Shown piece by piece: positions 17,818-29,000 of a DNA stretch of 64,000 nt. The stretch is from a virus. Lineage: Duplodnaviria > Heunggongvirae > Uroviricota > Caudoviricetes. Numbering within the stretch: position 1 is the stretch's first letter; each line of letters begins with the position of its first letter. The stretch is from the IMG/VR virus record IMGVR_UViG_3300013126_000009; one strand, written 5' to 3'. The notes beneath the pieces are model-generated. The model saw nothing but the letters and a program-made list of their open reading frames with translations, ran no database searches and was not told the DNA's origin. A program made the translations under genes and the position numbers.

Positions 17818-20800
17818 TTAGAGAATTTCCGATTCTGATATATTTATCATTTCATTTTTAACCAAAGACATTATATCATCTATTTCGGTATCATCAAGAG
17901 ACTCGACCATATGGTTTAATACCATATCATTTGCGTGGTCTTCATCGAATTCTTCTACAGTTATTTGTGTGGTTGTATCACCACTTAACGCCTTAATCCA
18001 CATATCAGTTATCTCACCGATTGAAAGGTTAATGAAATTGTCATAACCTATTTCACATACCTTATCAATCCAATAACCACAATTATCGGTTGTAAGTTCA
18101 ACATCGATTGTTGTATCTTTAATTTTATGAACGAAAGTTGTCCATCTATCATAAAGATTACCATCGATAATCATTGGGAATATTTTACAATAAAATGCAT
18201 GCCTTAAGTTAGCTAGGTCTTCAAATTTGAATAGCACATCTAAGCCTATTATGGATTCATTATACTCTTTTGAAATAAATGATAATGTATTCGAATCAAC
18301 ATCAGCAAAAACCAATATACTATCTGGGATAAAACCTTCTGATTTAATTTTGTTTAAATCACTGACCTCTAAACGCTTCGAAATTTCAATAATTTTTTCT
18401 CGTTCTTCGGCTAATTTCTTTGTTTTTTCTTCCTTTATGCGTTCGTTAAACTCAAACACAACAGATTTCCATTCATCGGCTGACATTTGATTTGGTATTT
18501 CATTTGCGGCCAACCAAAATTTTATTTCCTTATCCTCAATTTGCATAAGTTCAGCATATGAGTCTTGGTCTTCAGATGATAAAGGATAACCAGCCACTAA
18601 TTTACATTGACTTTCTGTAAAAAAACTTTTTTCCGTTAATACCAGATTCTTAGTTTTTTTATCCGTAACCATATCGATAAGTATATTATTTCTAATATCC
18701 TCACTGAAACATACTAACAATGGAGTTATTCGTGTATTAAGTGCATTAAGATATCTTGGAGCATTATATTCATCAGTCGTAAGTTCTGGGTTAGCCTCAA
18801 TTTGTTCTTGTGGTATTAATTTACAATTAAGTGTTACTGTTCTTTGACCAGTTTCCTTATCAGTTGTAACTGTAACATCACCTTTTGATTTTGTATCACC
18901 GATATTAACATAATAAATAACATCACCTAGATTTGGGTTTAAATCATGTTCCAATACCAATTCCATGTGAGCCTTTCTTGCTTTGTAGTTACCAGCCTTA
19001 GTTAGCGTTTTACAGTCCTTAAGATATTCACTAACACTTTCTTTAACCTTTGCTTTAGAAGCTATTTTAACCAATGGTATTTTATAATTATAAATCAATT
19101 CAACATATTCATTATAATGTTGAATGAATTCATAACCTTTACCATCTAAAAGTAATCGGATACCTTTATCCAAAAACTCTTCAATATAGGTTGGCATTTT
19201 TTTAGACTTGATTGAATTACCGACCAATTTGACCTTACCATCAATTAGGTTAGCATAATTCTTTCTTTTGAAATTGATTGTTGATGTACAAACATCATCC
19301 ACATCCAAACCCATCCATTTTTCCATATAGGTCTCATTAAAATACGCAACACAAGCATCAAGTCCAATCAATTCTTCACCAGCTTTATCTTTCGTTTTCC
19401 AATGGTCACCCTTTGCAGTATATTTAATTTCATTGATATTTTTAGGTAATGCGAAGTTAACACCATCGGTATCCATAACCAAAGGTCTCAAATCATATTT
19501 TTCCTTAAATACTTTAACCAGTAATCTTAAGTGTTGTCTTGACATGCATGTGATTTTTTCAGCACACATGCTATCACCCCATGGGAATATGTACGGTGCT
19601 CCGAATGACCCATAGAAAGAGTTTGCCAATATTTTAAGTGGTAATTGTTTTTTATCATAATCTGAAGCCATTTTAGATGCCTTTTCAATTTCATCTTCAC
19701 TAGCATTTGATTCTTTAAGTTTTTTTGCTTTAAACTTATAATCACCTGTTAAAGTTTTGTAAGTGTCCCGTGTATCAACAACATATTTAAGAAGACCCTT
19801 CATCACACCACTGATATCCAAATCTGGAAAGATGTCATAAGTTAATGTTGTTTTTGGATAAAGTGCAGCATAATCTAATTTCGCAACGTTCTCTGCAAAA
19901 CCAGTTTCCAATAATCTTGATAAACCACCAGTAAAATCTCTTTTTGGTTCATAATCTGGAATACCTAAACCGTTCTCATATGACCATGCTAACAATATCA
20001 ATGTCCACTGACCAGCAGTACCCATTGTTGAACTTCTCATATAAGATGTTGGTAACAACTTGGCCAACAGGAAAGAGGCTTGATTATAGATTGCATCAAC
20101 TTTCTCTGTTTCCCAAAGGTCATCTAAAAGGTATCTTTGAACAATATAGTCACCCTTAACGATTTTTAATGGTTCTGATAATTCATTAACATATCCTGAA
20201 CCCTCTAATAGACCCCAAGAACCGTCTTCGTTATTGAACCAATAGTCACGGGTATCAGCCCATGTTGAATGTATTTTATCACCCTCCACATACACACGAT
20301 TCTTCTTATTGATTTTTGAGAATTTTGTAATGTATTTAAGACCCCAACTCTTTATGTCTGAATTAATAGCTTGCGCTCGTCTCACAGCATGAGATGTATC
20401 CAATATGTTTGTACCCCATAGAGTTGTTTGAGTATATCGTTCAGTCTCATTACCCAATTTTAGTGTTGAATTCTCGATTCTTTTCAACGGTGTTTTACCA
20501 TCAAAACCAAACAATAAACCACTAAAATCAAGTCCCAACCGCTGACATCTTCGCTCAAAATAATCCCAATCGAAGTTCTCTGAATTATATCCAGCGATAA
20601 TATCAGGTTTTATTCGCATAACCTCATTGGCAAATGAAACAATATTTAATCTTTCACTGTCACGTCTTTCTTGTTGTGTTTCACCAATGGTTTCTAAAAC
20701 CATTTCGTAACCCCTATTATCTCTTAAACCTATTTGAAATATGGCATCAGTCTCAGGATTAAGACCCTCAGTTTCAAGGTCAAATTGAAATCTGTGTAGG

Positions 20801-21291
20801 TCGTCATAGTCTTCCATACCCTTAAACATTCGTTTACCAGTCTGAATCAAAAACTGTTCAGCTGGTTGAATTCTCATGACTAACCTTGAATTCTCTTTCT
20901 TAAATGGGTCAAAACCGCCTCGTTTGAAAAAATTTATAAGGTCGTTGGGTGTTTTACTACATGTTACAAGATACTTAAAACCTCTTGACATTCTAGCTGG
21001 TATCTTACCTTCAGAATTATCAGTTTTTAACGCCTCAATCTTAATACCATACTTAAGCATCGCATCCTTTAACTTACCCCTATTTCCACCATATAGTTGT
21101 TTACCAACAACCTCTTTCATCCAAAGAAATGGTCGATATGTGTGAACTTCTACACGCTTACCCGTGTCTGGGTCATTAATGACCAAGTATGCTTTATTCT
21201 CATCATTTGGCGCTTCAATAGCAACGATATATTTCTGTTCATCTTTACCTGCAATGAACCGCTCAATCACTTCAAAATTGATTTCAGACAT
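17818..21291 (-). CDS. DNA polymerase family B with 3'-5' exonuclease
   Basis: Exo I FDLETEG, Exo II GYNSENFD, motif A LDYAALYP, motif B KQLPLKILANSFYG, motif C MDTDG. Confidence 0.96.
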   Translation of the reverse strand: MSEINFEVIERFIAGKDEQKYIVAIEAPNDENKAYLVINDPDTGKRVEVHTYRPFLWMKEVVGKQLYGGNRGKLKDAMLKYGIKIEALKTDNSEGKIPARMSRGFKYLVTCSKTPNDLINFFKRGGFDPFKKENSRLVMRIQPAEQFLIQTGKRMFKGMEDYDDLHRFQFDLETEGLNPETDAIFQIGLRDNRGYEMVLETIGETQQERRDSERLNIVSFANEVMRIKPDIIAGYNSENFDWDYFERRCQRLGLDFSGLLFGFDGKTPLKRIENSTLKLGNETERYTQTTLWGTNILDTSHAVRRAQAINSDIKSWGLKYITKFSKINKKNRVYVEGDKIHSTWADTRDYWFNNEDGSWGLLEGSGYVNELSEPLKIVKGDYIVQRYLLDDLWETEKVDAIYNQASFLLAKLLPTSYMRSSTMGTAGQWTLILLAWSYENGLGIPDYEPKRDFTGGLSRLLETGFAENVAKLDYAALYPKTTLTYDIFPDLDISGVMKGLLKYVVDTRDTYKTLTGDYKFKAKKLKESNASEDEIEKASKMASDYDKKQLPLKILANSFYGSFGAPYIFPWGDSMCAEKITCMSRQHLRLLVKVFKEKYDLRPLVMDTDGVNFALPKNINEIKYTAKGDHWKTKDKAGEELIGLDACVAYFNETYMEKWMGLDVDDVCTSTINFKRKNYANLIDGKVKLVGNSIKSKKMPTYIEEFLDKGIRLLLDGKGYEFIQHYNEYVELIYNYKIPLVKIASKAKVKESVSEYLKDCKTLTKAGNYKARKAHMELVLEHDLNPNLGDVIYYVNIGDTKSKGDVTVTTDKETGQRTVTLNCKLIPQEQIEANPELTTDEYNAPRYLNALNTRITPLLVCFSEDIRNNILIDMVTDKKTKNLVLTEKSFFTESQCKLVAGYPLSSEDQDSYAELMQIEDKEIKFWLAANEIPNQMSADEWKSVVFEFNERIKEEKTKKLAEEREKIIEISKRLEVSDLNKIKSEGFIPDSILVFADVDSNTLSFISKEYNESIIGLDVLFKFEDLANLRHAFYCKIFPMIIDGNLYDRWTTFVHKIKDTTIDVELTTDNCGYWIDKVCEIGYDNFINLSIGEITDMWIKALSGDTTTQITVEEFDEDHANDMVLNHMVESLDDTEIDDIMSLVKNEMINISESEIL

Positions 21292-21334
21292 TAAATAATT
21301 TTGTTTAATTATTATATATTACGAAAATTTTTTA

Positions 21335-21363
21335 ACCATAGACCTATGGTCACGACAAATATA
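21335..21363 (-). promoter_or_regulatory. TAnnTTTG promoter box (21356-21363) followed by an ACCATA-N4-TATGGT palindrome (21335-21350), upstream of the DNA polymerase
   Basis: TATATTTG on the minus strand; ACCATAG-AC-CTATGGT inverted repeat lies between it and the start codon. Confidence 0.55.
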
Positions 21364-21403
21364 CAAAAAAACTTAGCTAATTACAATAATTTTCGTAAAC
21401 TGT

Positions 21404-22555
21404 TTAGTACACCCAGAAGCCTAAAGGTCTGTATTTTAAAGCTTGATTGAGAAATTCAGCTTCTTTGGCCCCTCGCTCAAGTTGCGAAGTCGATGATAAT
21501 CTAACTAACCTCTCATCCAATCTTTCTAAGATAGCCTTTCTTTCTTCATTACCTTCCGATATTAAAGTTTCATAGTCAAGTGTACGTTCAGCTTCTGGTG
21601 GTCCAACGATACCACCAAATTTACCTCTTGTCCTACCCAAAGCCCTTTTAGCTTCAGCAAAGAATAATTGACGTATCAATGTTTTTGTTGGTTCATTGAA
21701 CCTCTCATACTCTAATTTAGCTAACGGCACGTCATTTGGCATTAGGATAATGTCAGGATTTTCAAGTCTACATTGGTCAACGTTTTCTGGTGTAGTATCA
21801 TAATAATGGTACCATACTTGGCAACCCGTCATATTGATACTACTACTCGTTGCACCACCAATACCATGACCAAATGATAATTTTGAGCCTGGTGTCGACA
21901 TCAAATGTAATAATCTTGTGCCATTAGGCCCAGCAGTTACTTTATATACCAATTCACTTCTTAATATCCTGTTCTTCAAATTAAAATCTGAAGCTGTTAA
22001 TAGAATATCATAGGCTGGTGCAATATAATAACCACCAGCACCACCAGCGCCAGCAGCATTAAATCCACCACCTGTTGAACCTAATTGACCATAACCACCA
22101 CCAAAACCATAATCAATACCAGCATAATTGGCAAATAACGCCATATCTGTTGTTGGTGGTGTTATCCATAAAACCTCATTTATTTCTCTACCAGCTGGTA
22201 TTTGATATACTTGTTTACCAGCTTCCAATTCAATATAATCCTTTTTAAGTTCCCATGGACCTCTTGCTTGTAAACCGACTTGTTTTGAATAGGCATAAGT
22301 GTATGATGTCATAAAATCCAAAGACCTTACACTTAATGCGAATGACATATCAATCGTATCAACATTCTGGCCCAGTAATGATTGCCATTGATGTTCAATC
22401 AACCATTCTTGTACATATTGAGAATAATCCTCAATTGCAATTTCTAATAAGGTGCATAATTGTTCGTCTGTAAGTTCTATGTTTCTTATGGGAGCACCCA
22501 TCGTATGTCTGAATCTTTCAAACAATTTTTCCTTTTCTGAATTTGATACTGCCAT
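21404..22555 (-). CDS. Neck/head-completion protein (T4 gp13-like)
   Basis: MGAPIRNIELTDEQL N-terminus and A.AKRALGRTRGKFGG...TLDYETLISEG C-terminus resemble gp13-type neck proteins. Confidence 0.7.
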   Translation of the reverse strand: MAVSNSEKEKLFERFRHTMGAPIRNIELTDEQLCTLLEIAIEDYSQYVQEWLIEHQWQSLLGQNVDTIDMSFALSVRSLDFMTSYTYAYSKQVGLQARGPWELKKDYIELEAGKQVYQIPAGREINEVLWITPPTTDMALFANYAGIDYGFGGGYGQLGSTGGGFNAAGAGGAGGYYIAPAYDILLTASDFNLKNRILRSELVYKVTAGPNGTRLLHLMSTPGSKLSFGHGIGGATSSSINMTGCQVWYHYYDTTPENVDQCRLENPDIILMPNDVPLAKLEYERFNEPTKTLIRQLFFAEAKRALGRTRGKFGGIVGPPEAERTLDYETLISEGNEERKAILERLDERLVRLSSTSQLERGAKEAEFLNQALKYRPLGFWVY

Positions 22556-22598
22556 CTTATATTTCTTTTTATATAAATATAAGAAATTGCAGTAATCG

Positions 22599-22856
22599 TC
22601 ATTCGTTCAGTAGTTTTTTAATTATAGAAAAACCCTCTTCAATCGTCATAAATGATTTTTCTGGTATAAGTATTTTTTTCTTAACAATAACCACAGGTAC
22701 ACTATCGGCACCACTGATTTCCATTATCTTATTGAACTCTAACTTATATTTTTTATCGTTAATATCAATGTCTTTGAATTCAATATTATCTTCTTTTAAT
22801 AGACCCTTTAATTTATCGCAATAAGGGCAACCTTCCATTGTATATACTCTAACCAT
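22599..22856 (-). CDS. Glutaredoxin/NrdH-like redoxin
   Basis: VYTMEGCPYC and SVPVV motifs. Confidence 0.92.
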   Translation of the reverse strand: MVRVYTMEGCPYCDKLKGLLKEDNIEFKDIDINDKKYKLEFNKIMEISGADSVPVVIVKKKILIPEKSFMTIEEGFSIIKKLLNE

Positions 22857-22858
22857 AA

Positions 22859-24661
22859 TTATTCAATTATATCTTTTACTATTTCATCAATTTCATTATC
22901 ACCAATAATTTGGTTAATAACATTCTTTTTATGTTTCAACGTATACCACATTCTTGTGCTAATCGTATCATCAAATAATTGGTAATATACTGAAACATTA
23001 TTTTTCTGTCCAATTCTGTAGCTGCGGTCTTCGGCCTGTTCATTGTTACCAGGCACCCAATCAAAAGAATTAAAAACTACAGTATCTGCCGCAGTTAATG
23101 TTATACCAACACCAGCAGACATGATGTTACCTATAAATACCATTTTACTGTTATTATTTTGAAAATCATCAACAGATTTTTGTTTTTCCTTATCACTCAT
23201 TGACCCGTGATGGACAACACATTTATTACCATAATATTCTTGTAGTTCCAATAATTCATCAGTAAACGTTGTAAAGATAATAACCTTCTTATCTTCTTCA
23301 ATCGCATTATCCGTTAATTCAATGGTATTCGGTATAGCTTTCATTGCTATAAATTGTCTAAGTAATATTAACTCAACTAAGTCTCTTTGCGGATTACCTC
23401 GTTTTTTCTCTTCTTTACGCTTTATAAGGTACTCTTCCCATAAATTATCATACTCAACCCATTCTTTAGACGTTAGTTCATTATAGACTGGTATAATCGT
23501 CTTATCAGGCATATCGAGAACATTTTCTTTCAGACGCCTTAACACTTTATTTTTTACCCTAATGGCTAACTCATCCAAATTAGAATTACCATCAATTAAC
23601 CAAATGTTTTTAATCTTACCGTTCTTCATTTTTTTCTTAAAGTTCTTGGCATCGCAATATCTTTTAACATAAAATTGCCAATTATCAGATAATGGGTGTC
23701 CAATGATTTTAAGTAGATTATAAAGGTCTTTTGGTCTATTTGCTACTGGGGTACCAGTTAATAACCAGACGTTCTCAAAATCGTTTTTTTTGACCAACTC
23801 GGTGACAATTGAACCCCTTATACTTGTGTGATTTTTTAAGTAATGAGCTTCATCGACAATTAAAGTATCGAATTTCTCATCAAGAATATGTGTTAATTCT
23901 TCAATTGGCTTTTCACCTCGTTTTTTAACAGTATGAAAGTTTTTAAGAATATCATAATTAATTATTGTGTATTTTGCGGGTTTCCATTTTCTACCACTGA
24001 TTATTGAGGTGTCGTATTCACCGAACATATTAATTTCACGTTCCCAATTTATTTTTGTTGATGATGGACATATTATCAATACCTTTTTTGATTCAGCAGC
24101 CAATGTCGCCATAACCGATTGGATGGTTTTGCCCAGGCCCATGTCGTCCGCCAAAATACATTTTTTTCTTGACACCAAGAACTTAATACCTTCCTTTTGG
24201 TGTTCATATAACTTTCGACCTAATTTATCTTTTGCTTCATATTTTTCAAAATCAATATCGATATCTATCGGTGTATAATATGGGTCTTCCAAAACCTGTG
24301 TTTTTGGAAACCAGTACATTTCATTTTCTTTTTGGTTTTTCTTTAGTTTACCATAAACATGAAAAGACTTTTCATTTTCACCTAGAACAAAACCAAAATA
24401 AACTTTATTTGGAACAAATGGTAATTCATATTTGTTCTTTAGTTCTTCACCTAAATAATCAGATATCCCAATTACCCTATCAACTTTATATGGTTCAAAA
24501 TCAAAATTTTTGAGGATATATTCTTCCTGTGTCGATGTGAGTGATAGTTTACCCTTTTTAATTAACTCATTTTTAAGTTTTTTAAGATATGGATTTTTAC
24601 CATTATATTCTCGTAACTTATTAAGAGCCGCAAAACCTTTTATGTTCTCAATTTTAATCAT
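22859..24661 (-). CDS. SNF2-family (SMARCAL1/HARP-like) helicase/translocase
   Basis: LADDMGLGKT, DEAH, LTGTP, GVGITLTAA and QAEDRSYRIGQ motifs. Confidence 0.93.
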   Translation of the reverse strand: MIKIENIKGFAALNKLREYNGKNPYLKKLKNELIKKGKLSLTSTQEEYILKNFDFEPYKVDRVIGISDYLGEELKNKYELPFVPNKVYFGFVLGENEKSFHVYGKLKKNQKENEMYWFPKTQVLEDPYYTPIDIDIDFEKYEAKDKLGRKLYEHQKEGIKFLVSRKKCILADDMGLGKTIQSVMATLAAESKKVLIICPSSTKINWEREINMFGEYDTSIISGRKWKPAKYTIINYDILKNFHTVKKRGEKPIEELTHILDEKFDTLIVDEAHYLKNHTSIRGSIVTELVKKNDFENVWLLTGTPVANRPKDLYNLLKIIGHPLSDNWQFYVKRYCDAKNFKKKMKNGKIKNIWLIDGNSNLDELAIRVKNKVLRRLKENVLDMPDKTIIPVYNELTSKEWVEYDNLWEEYLIKRKEEKKRGNPQRDLVELILLRQFIAMKAIPNTIELTDNAIEEDKKVIIFTTFTDELLELQEYYGNKCVVHHGSMSDKEKQKSVDDFQNNNSKMVFIGNIMSAGVGITLTAADTVVFNSFDWVPGNNEQAEDRSYRIGQKNNVSVYYQLFDDTISTRMWYTLKHKKNVINQIIGDNEIDEIVKDIIE

Positions 24662-24751
24662 AATATCACATAATTATAAATATAAATTGAATAAAAATCA
24701 ATGATTGTTCCTTATTAATGATTAGTTTGATATTTATAGTAAAAACGTGAT

Positions 24752-25273
24752 ATGCCAAAACCTAAAATAATACCGATAACCAGAAACTATAAATTCTTTT
24801 CTCAGGAGGATTATGAATTGGAAATCCAAATGGGTAGAGAAGCTTTAGAGGGTGATGGTAATTTTACCATCATACTTTATAGAGTAGATAGGGAAATGAC
24901 ACCATCTGATATTTATAATGAGGCAAGAATGAATGAGGTTGCATATAAACCACCTGTTGAACTTAAAGTTATGCCATTATTGAATGAACCTGAAAACAAA
25001 ACATTTAATGGTAATAGTGGTGGTCTTAGAGATTTACAGGATGGTCAATTGGTTTTTTACATCTATCAATCGCAATTGGATGACTTAGGTGTCGAAATAT
25101 CTTATGGTGATTATATCGGTTATCCAGTTACTGAAACTGAAGTTAGATTTTTCAGTGTAGTTAATGACGGTATTAAAAACTACGATAATAAACATACCAT
25201 AATGGGATATAAAGGTGCATATAGAACTGTAACATGCGCCCCTGTTGATTATAACGAATTTCAGTCCTCGTAG
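24752..25273 (+). CDS. Head-closure/neck protein (T4 gp14-like)
   Basis: IILYRVD...DIYNE and GDYI pattern; positioned immediately before the tail-terminator-like gene. Confidence 0.55.
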   Translation: MPKPKIIPITRNYKFFSQEDYELEIQMGREALEGDGNFTIILYRVDREMTPSDIYNEARMNEVAYKPPVELKVMPLLNEPENKTFNGNSGGLRDLQDGQLVFYIYQSQLDDLGVEISYGDYIGYPVTETEVRFFSVVNDGIKNYDNKHTIMGYKGAYRTVTCAPVDYNEFQSS

Positions 25274-25287
25274 ATATATTTATTATT

Positions 25288-26049
25288 ATGAGAGAGGTAA
25301 TAATTTATACGTTATCTGATGGGTTAGATGTGAAATATGTTGGTAAAACAGTCTCACCTGAAAGTCGTATGTATATCCATATTTATGATGCAAAAACTAA
25401 AAGTAAATTAAATAAAAAGGATGAATGGGTAAAGGGTTTGCTAGATAATGGTAAAAAACCTATAATGGAAATAATTGAAATTGTAACAGAAGACGATTGG
25501 GTTTTTTGGGAAAAATATTGGATAAATCAGTTCAAGGCTTGGGGTTTTGAGCTTAAAAATATGACTAATGGTGGTGGATGTACCTATAGAACACCTATAT
25601 CTGATGAAACTAAACGTAAAATGTCATTAAGTAAAAAGGGTTTAATACCTAAAAATATAGAACAACTAAAGAAAAGTCGAGTTAAACCAATTATCCAATA
25701 TGATACTGACGGTAATGAGTTAAAGGTTTGGGAATCGATGAATGATGTTAGAAGAAACTTATCTATTAATAATATAAATTTATCTGCCAATGGTAAACGT
25801 TGTACTGCTGGTGGTTATATTTGGCGATATATTGATAATCCATTAACTAAAAATGATTTACGGATTATTAAAGATAAATTAGAAAAACAAATACCTAAGA
25901 AAATATTACAATTAGATAAGAATGGAAATTTAATTAGTCGGTGGGAATCTGTTAATGAGGTCAAGCAAACTTATAAACATATAAATGCGGTATTAAGAGG
26001 TGATAGGAAATCTGCTGGTGGTTTTTTATGGAAATATGAAAAAATATAG
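25288..26049 (+). CDS. Free-standing GIY-YIG homing endonuclease with NUMOD-type DNA-binding repeats
   Basis: IYTL...KYVGKT, R...H, E.YWI and N...GG catalytic pattern; two QYD..G......WES...AGG.IW.Y (NUMOD1-like) repeats. Confidence 0.85.
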   Translation: MREVIIYTLSDGLDVKYVGKTVSPESRMYIHIYDAKTKSKLNKKDEWVKGLLDNGKKPIMEIIEIVTEDDWVFWEKYWINQFKAWGFELKNMTNGGGCTYRTPISDETKRKMSLSKKGLIPKNIEQLKKSRVKPIIQYDTDGNELKVWESMNDVRRNLSINNINLSANGKRCTAGGYIWRYIDNPLTKNDLRIIKDKLEKQIPKKILQLDKNGNLISRWESVNEVKQTYKHINAVLRGDRKSAGGFLWKYEKI

Positions 26050-26055
26050 CGAATA

Positions 26056-29000
26056 ATGGCATTACCTAAAGGTTTTAGAAATAATATAAAGTTAACATCA
26101 CCAAAAATTGGTGTTCCAAGACGTCAGGAATTATTGGATAATATTGCTGATGATGGAACTTTTTTACCCAGAGGTGTCCATTATAAGGATATTGACGAAA
26201 CGTTTATTGAATTTGTAAATAAGGAACTTCACATTGAAATTGATGGTAATCAAGTACCTGTCATCTTTTTAACACTTCAAAGATATTCAGAATTCACAAA
26301 AACATGGCAATTTACTGATGAATATAAAAACATCAAGATTCCATTTATAACCATTGTAAGAAAACCAGATGTTCAAGTTGGTACAAATTACAATGGATTG
26401 TATAATATACCTGGTAGACCGACATTCACCTACTATAAAGTACCAACCAATGATGGTACGAGAGTTGGTGTTGACGTTTATAAAATCCCACAACCAACAT
26501 CTGTGGATATAACCTATGAAGTTAGGTTATTCACGAATAAAATGTCTGATTTGAATTTATTGAATGAAAAGGTTCAGAAAAAATTCCAATCAAGGCAAGC
26601 ATACATTTGGCCTAAAGGTCACCCAATGCCAGTTATGTTGGAAAGTATCGGTGACGAATCAAACATTGATGATTTTGAGAATAGAAGATTCTATGTTCAA
26701 CCATTTGAAATGTTATTGGCTGGTTATATTTTGGATGAGGATGATTTTGAAATAATGCCAACAATCAATAGGGCTATGGTTATGAGTGAGATTGAAGTTG
26801 GCGATGGGACTTCAACACCAATAACTGATGGTAGAAATTGTAGTGGGCCTATTGTTGCAGCACAAGGTAGCGTTATTGTTAAAAATACAAATAATACAGT
26901 ATTATCGGTAGTTACATGTGGTGAAAATTATGTTGTTGGTAATTCATTGATTTTTAATTCTGGTAATACATATAGTCAAATTCTTCCAGCAACAACAAAT
27001 TTACAATTACCAAATGTAACCAATTATGATAGTGATGGTAGTGCTGTATTAACACCAGCTATGGTTGGATTTACAGCTACTACTTGTCAACCAGTAACCA
27101 TTATTAACTCTGGTAGTACATATTCAGCTAGTACGTCTGCTGGTAGCACATTTCAACTACCTAATATAAACGTTTATGGTAATAGTCAACTATTGTATTC
27201 ATACCCTTCAGTTGAGGATGTTGATGTCAATATCACTAATGGATTCGATAGTGTTGGTTCTATTAGTGGAACATCATATTATATATCAGCATCGACAATA
27301 AACAATTCTGGTAACACGTTTAATGTTTCAATACCAGCTGAAAGTGGTTATACCTTACCAAATGTAACCAATTATGATAGTGATGGTAGTGCTGTATTAA
27401 CACCAGCTATGGTTGGTTTCACCGCTACTACTTGTCAACCAGTAACGATAATCAATTCAGGTAGTACATATTCAGCTAGTACACCGTCAGGTTCAATTTT
27501 TCAATTACCTAATATAAACGTTTATGGTAATAGTCAACTATTGTATTCACAACCTTCGGTTGAAGATGTTAATATCGGTATTACCAATGGATTCAATAGT
27601 GTTGGTTCTGTTAGTGGAACATCATATTATATATCAGCATCGACAATAAACAATTCTGGTAACACATTTAGTATAAGCGTACCAGCTGAAAGTGGTTATA
27701 CCTTACCAAATGTAACCAATTATGATAGTGATGGTAGTGCTGTGTTAACACCAGCTATGGTTGGATTTACAGCTACCACCTGTCAACCAGTAACCATTAT
27801 AAATTCAGGTAGCACCTACAGTGCTAGTACGTCTGCTGGTAGCACATTTCAACTACCCAATATTACAATAAGTAATACTACGGGTACAACAATTACCACA
27901 ATACCTTCAGTTGAAAATTATATTATACCTGATGTCAATTGGACTGATTCGGATGGTACAAATTATTCAACACCATATGGTGAACCGATAAGCGCAACAA
28001 CCTGTGATTCACTAACAGTATCAGCAACCTCCAGTTCTTCTACAGTTGTGTTTGGTGATACTGTATCATTTTCAGCCATATCTGAATCAATATTAACATC
28101 GGTTGATTGGTATGTTGATGGTATATATGTTGGTTCTGGTATTAATTTTAATTGGGCTTCCGAGTATTTATATGGGTTGTTTGATGTTGAGTGTGTGGCT
28201 AGTAATGGTAGCAGTGAGGTGGTTTCAACATTTCAACTTAATATTATCGTTCGTCCATACGAAAGGCCTTCGGATTGGTTGGACATTGATAGTCTGGTAA
28301 GTCCTGGCGATGAAAAAATAGTAGGCTTGTTTGCTGTATTTGACAGCGATTCAAATGTAGTGGCATTCAGATGTCAAGGAAATTATCAGGTAGATTGGGG
28401 TGATGGCACGGTTACAACACACGCTTCAAATACGAATGCAGAACATTCCTACACGTATTCTTCTATTAGCTCATCAACATATTCAACTCGTGGATATAGG
28501 CAGGTCATCATAACAATAACGCCTCAAGCTGGTCAGACTTTAACAAGATTTGATGTTACTCCATATCGACATTCAAGTAGAACGTGGCTGTATTTGGAAC
28601 AGTGGCTTGATGTTAAACTATCGGTTCCTAATTTATCATTCCACCAATTCAACGGTGGTACCAATAAGTTTTTTGGGATGCTTGAAAAGTATGTGATGAT
28701 TGCTACTGGGTTAACGTCTTATCTATCATTGATGAGTGGCAATCGTTCATTAAGACATTTAGAAGTTCCTCCGATAACTGGAAGTTATGGGTCAATATTA
28801 ATCAATTGTGGTAATATAGAATATTTCAATCACGATTTTTCAAATGCAACTACATTATCAAATGCTTTTCAAGGTAGTGGTTTGAGGTATCTGGAGGCCA
28901 ATGTTCCAAATGCTGTTGTGGCATCAGCATTTTATCAAGCATATTCATTGATGAATGTGAATATAACAAATATTATTGGTAGTTGTGATAATATGTTCAA

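Noticed and set aside
26957-27863. CRISPR array or non-coding repeat
   Set aside because: The 348-bp units are in-frame coding repeats with no unique spacers. No CRISPR array or cas gene was seen anywhere in the window.
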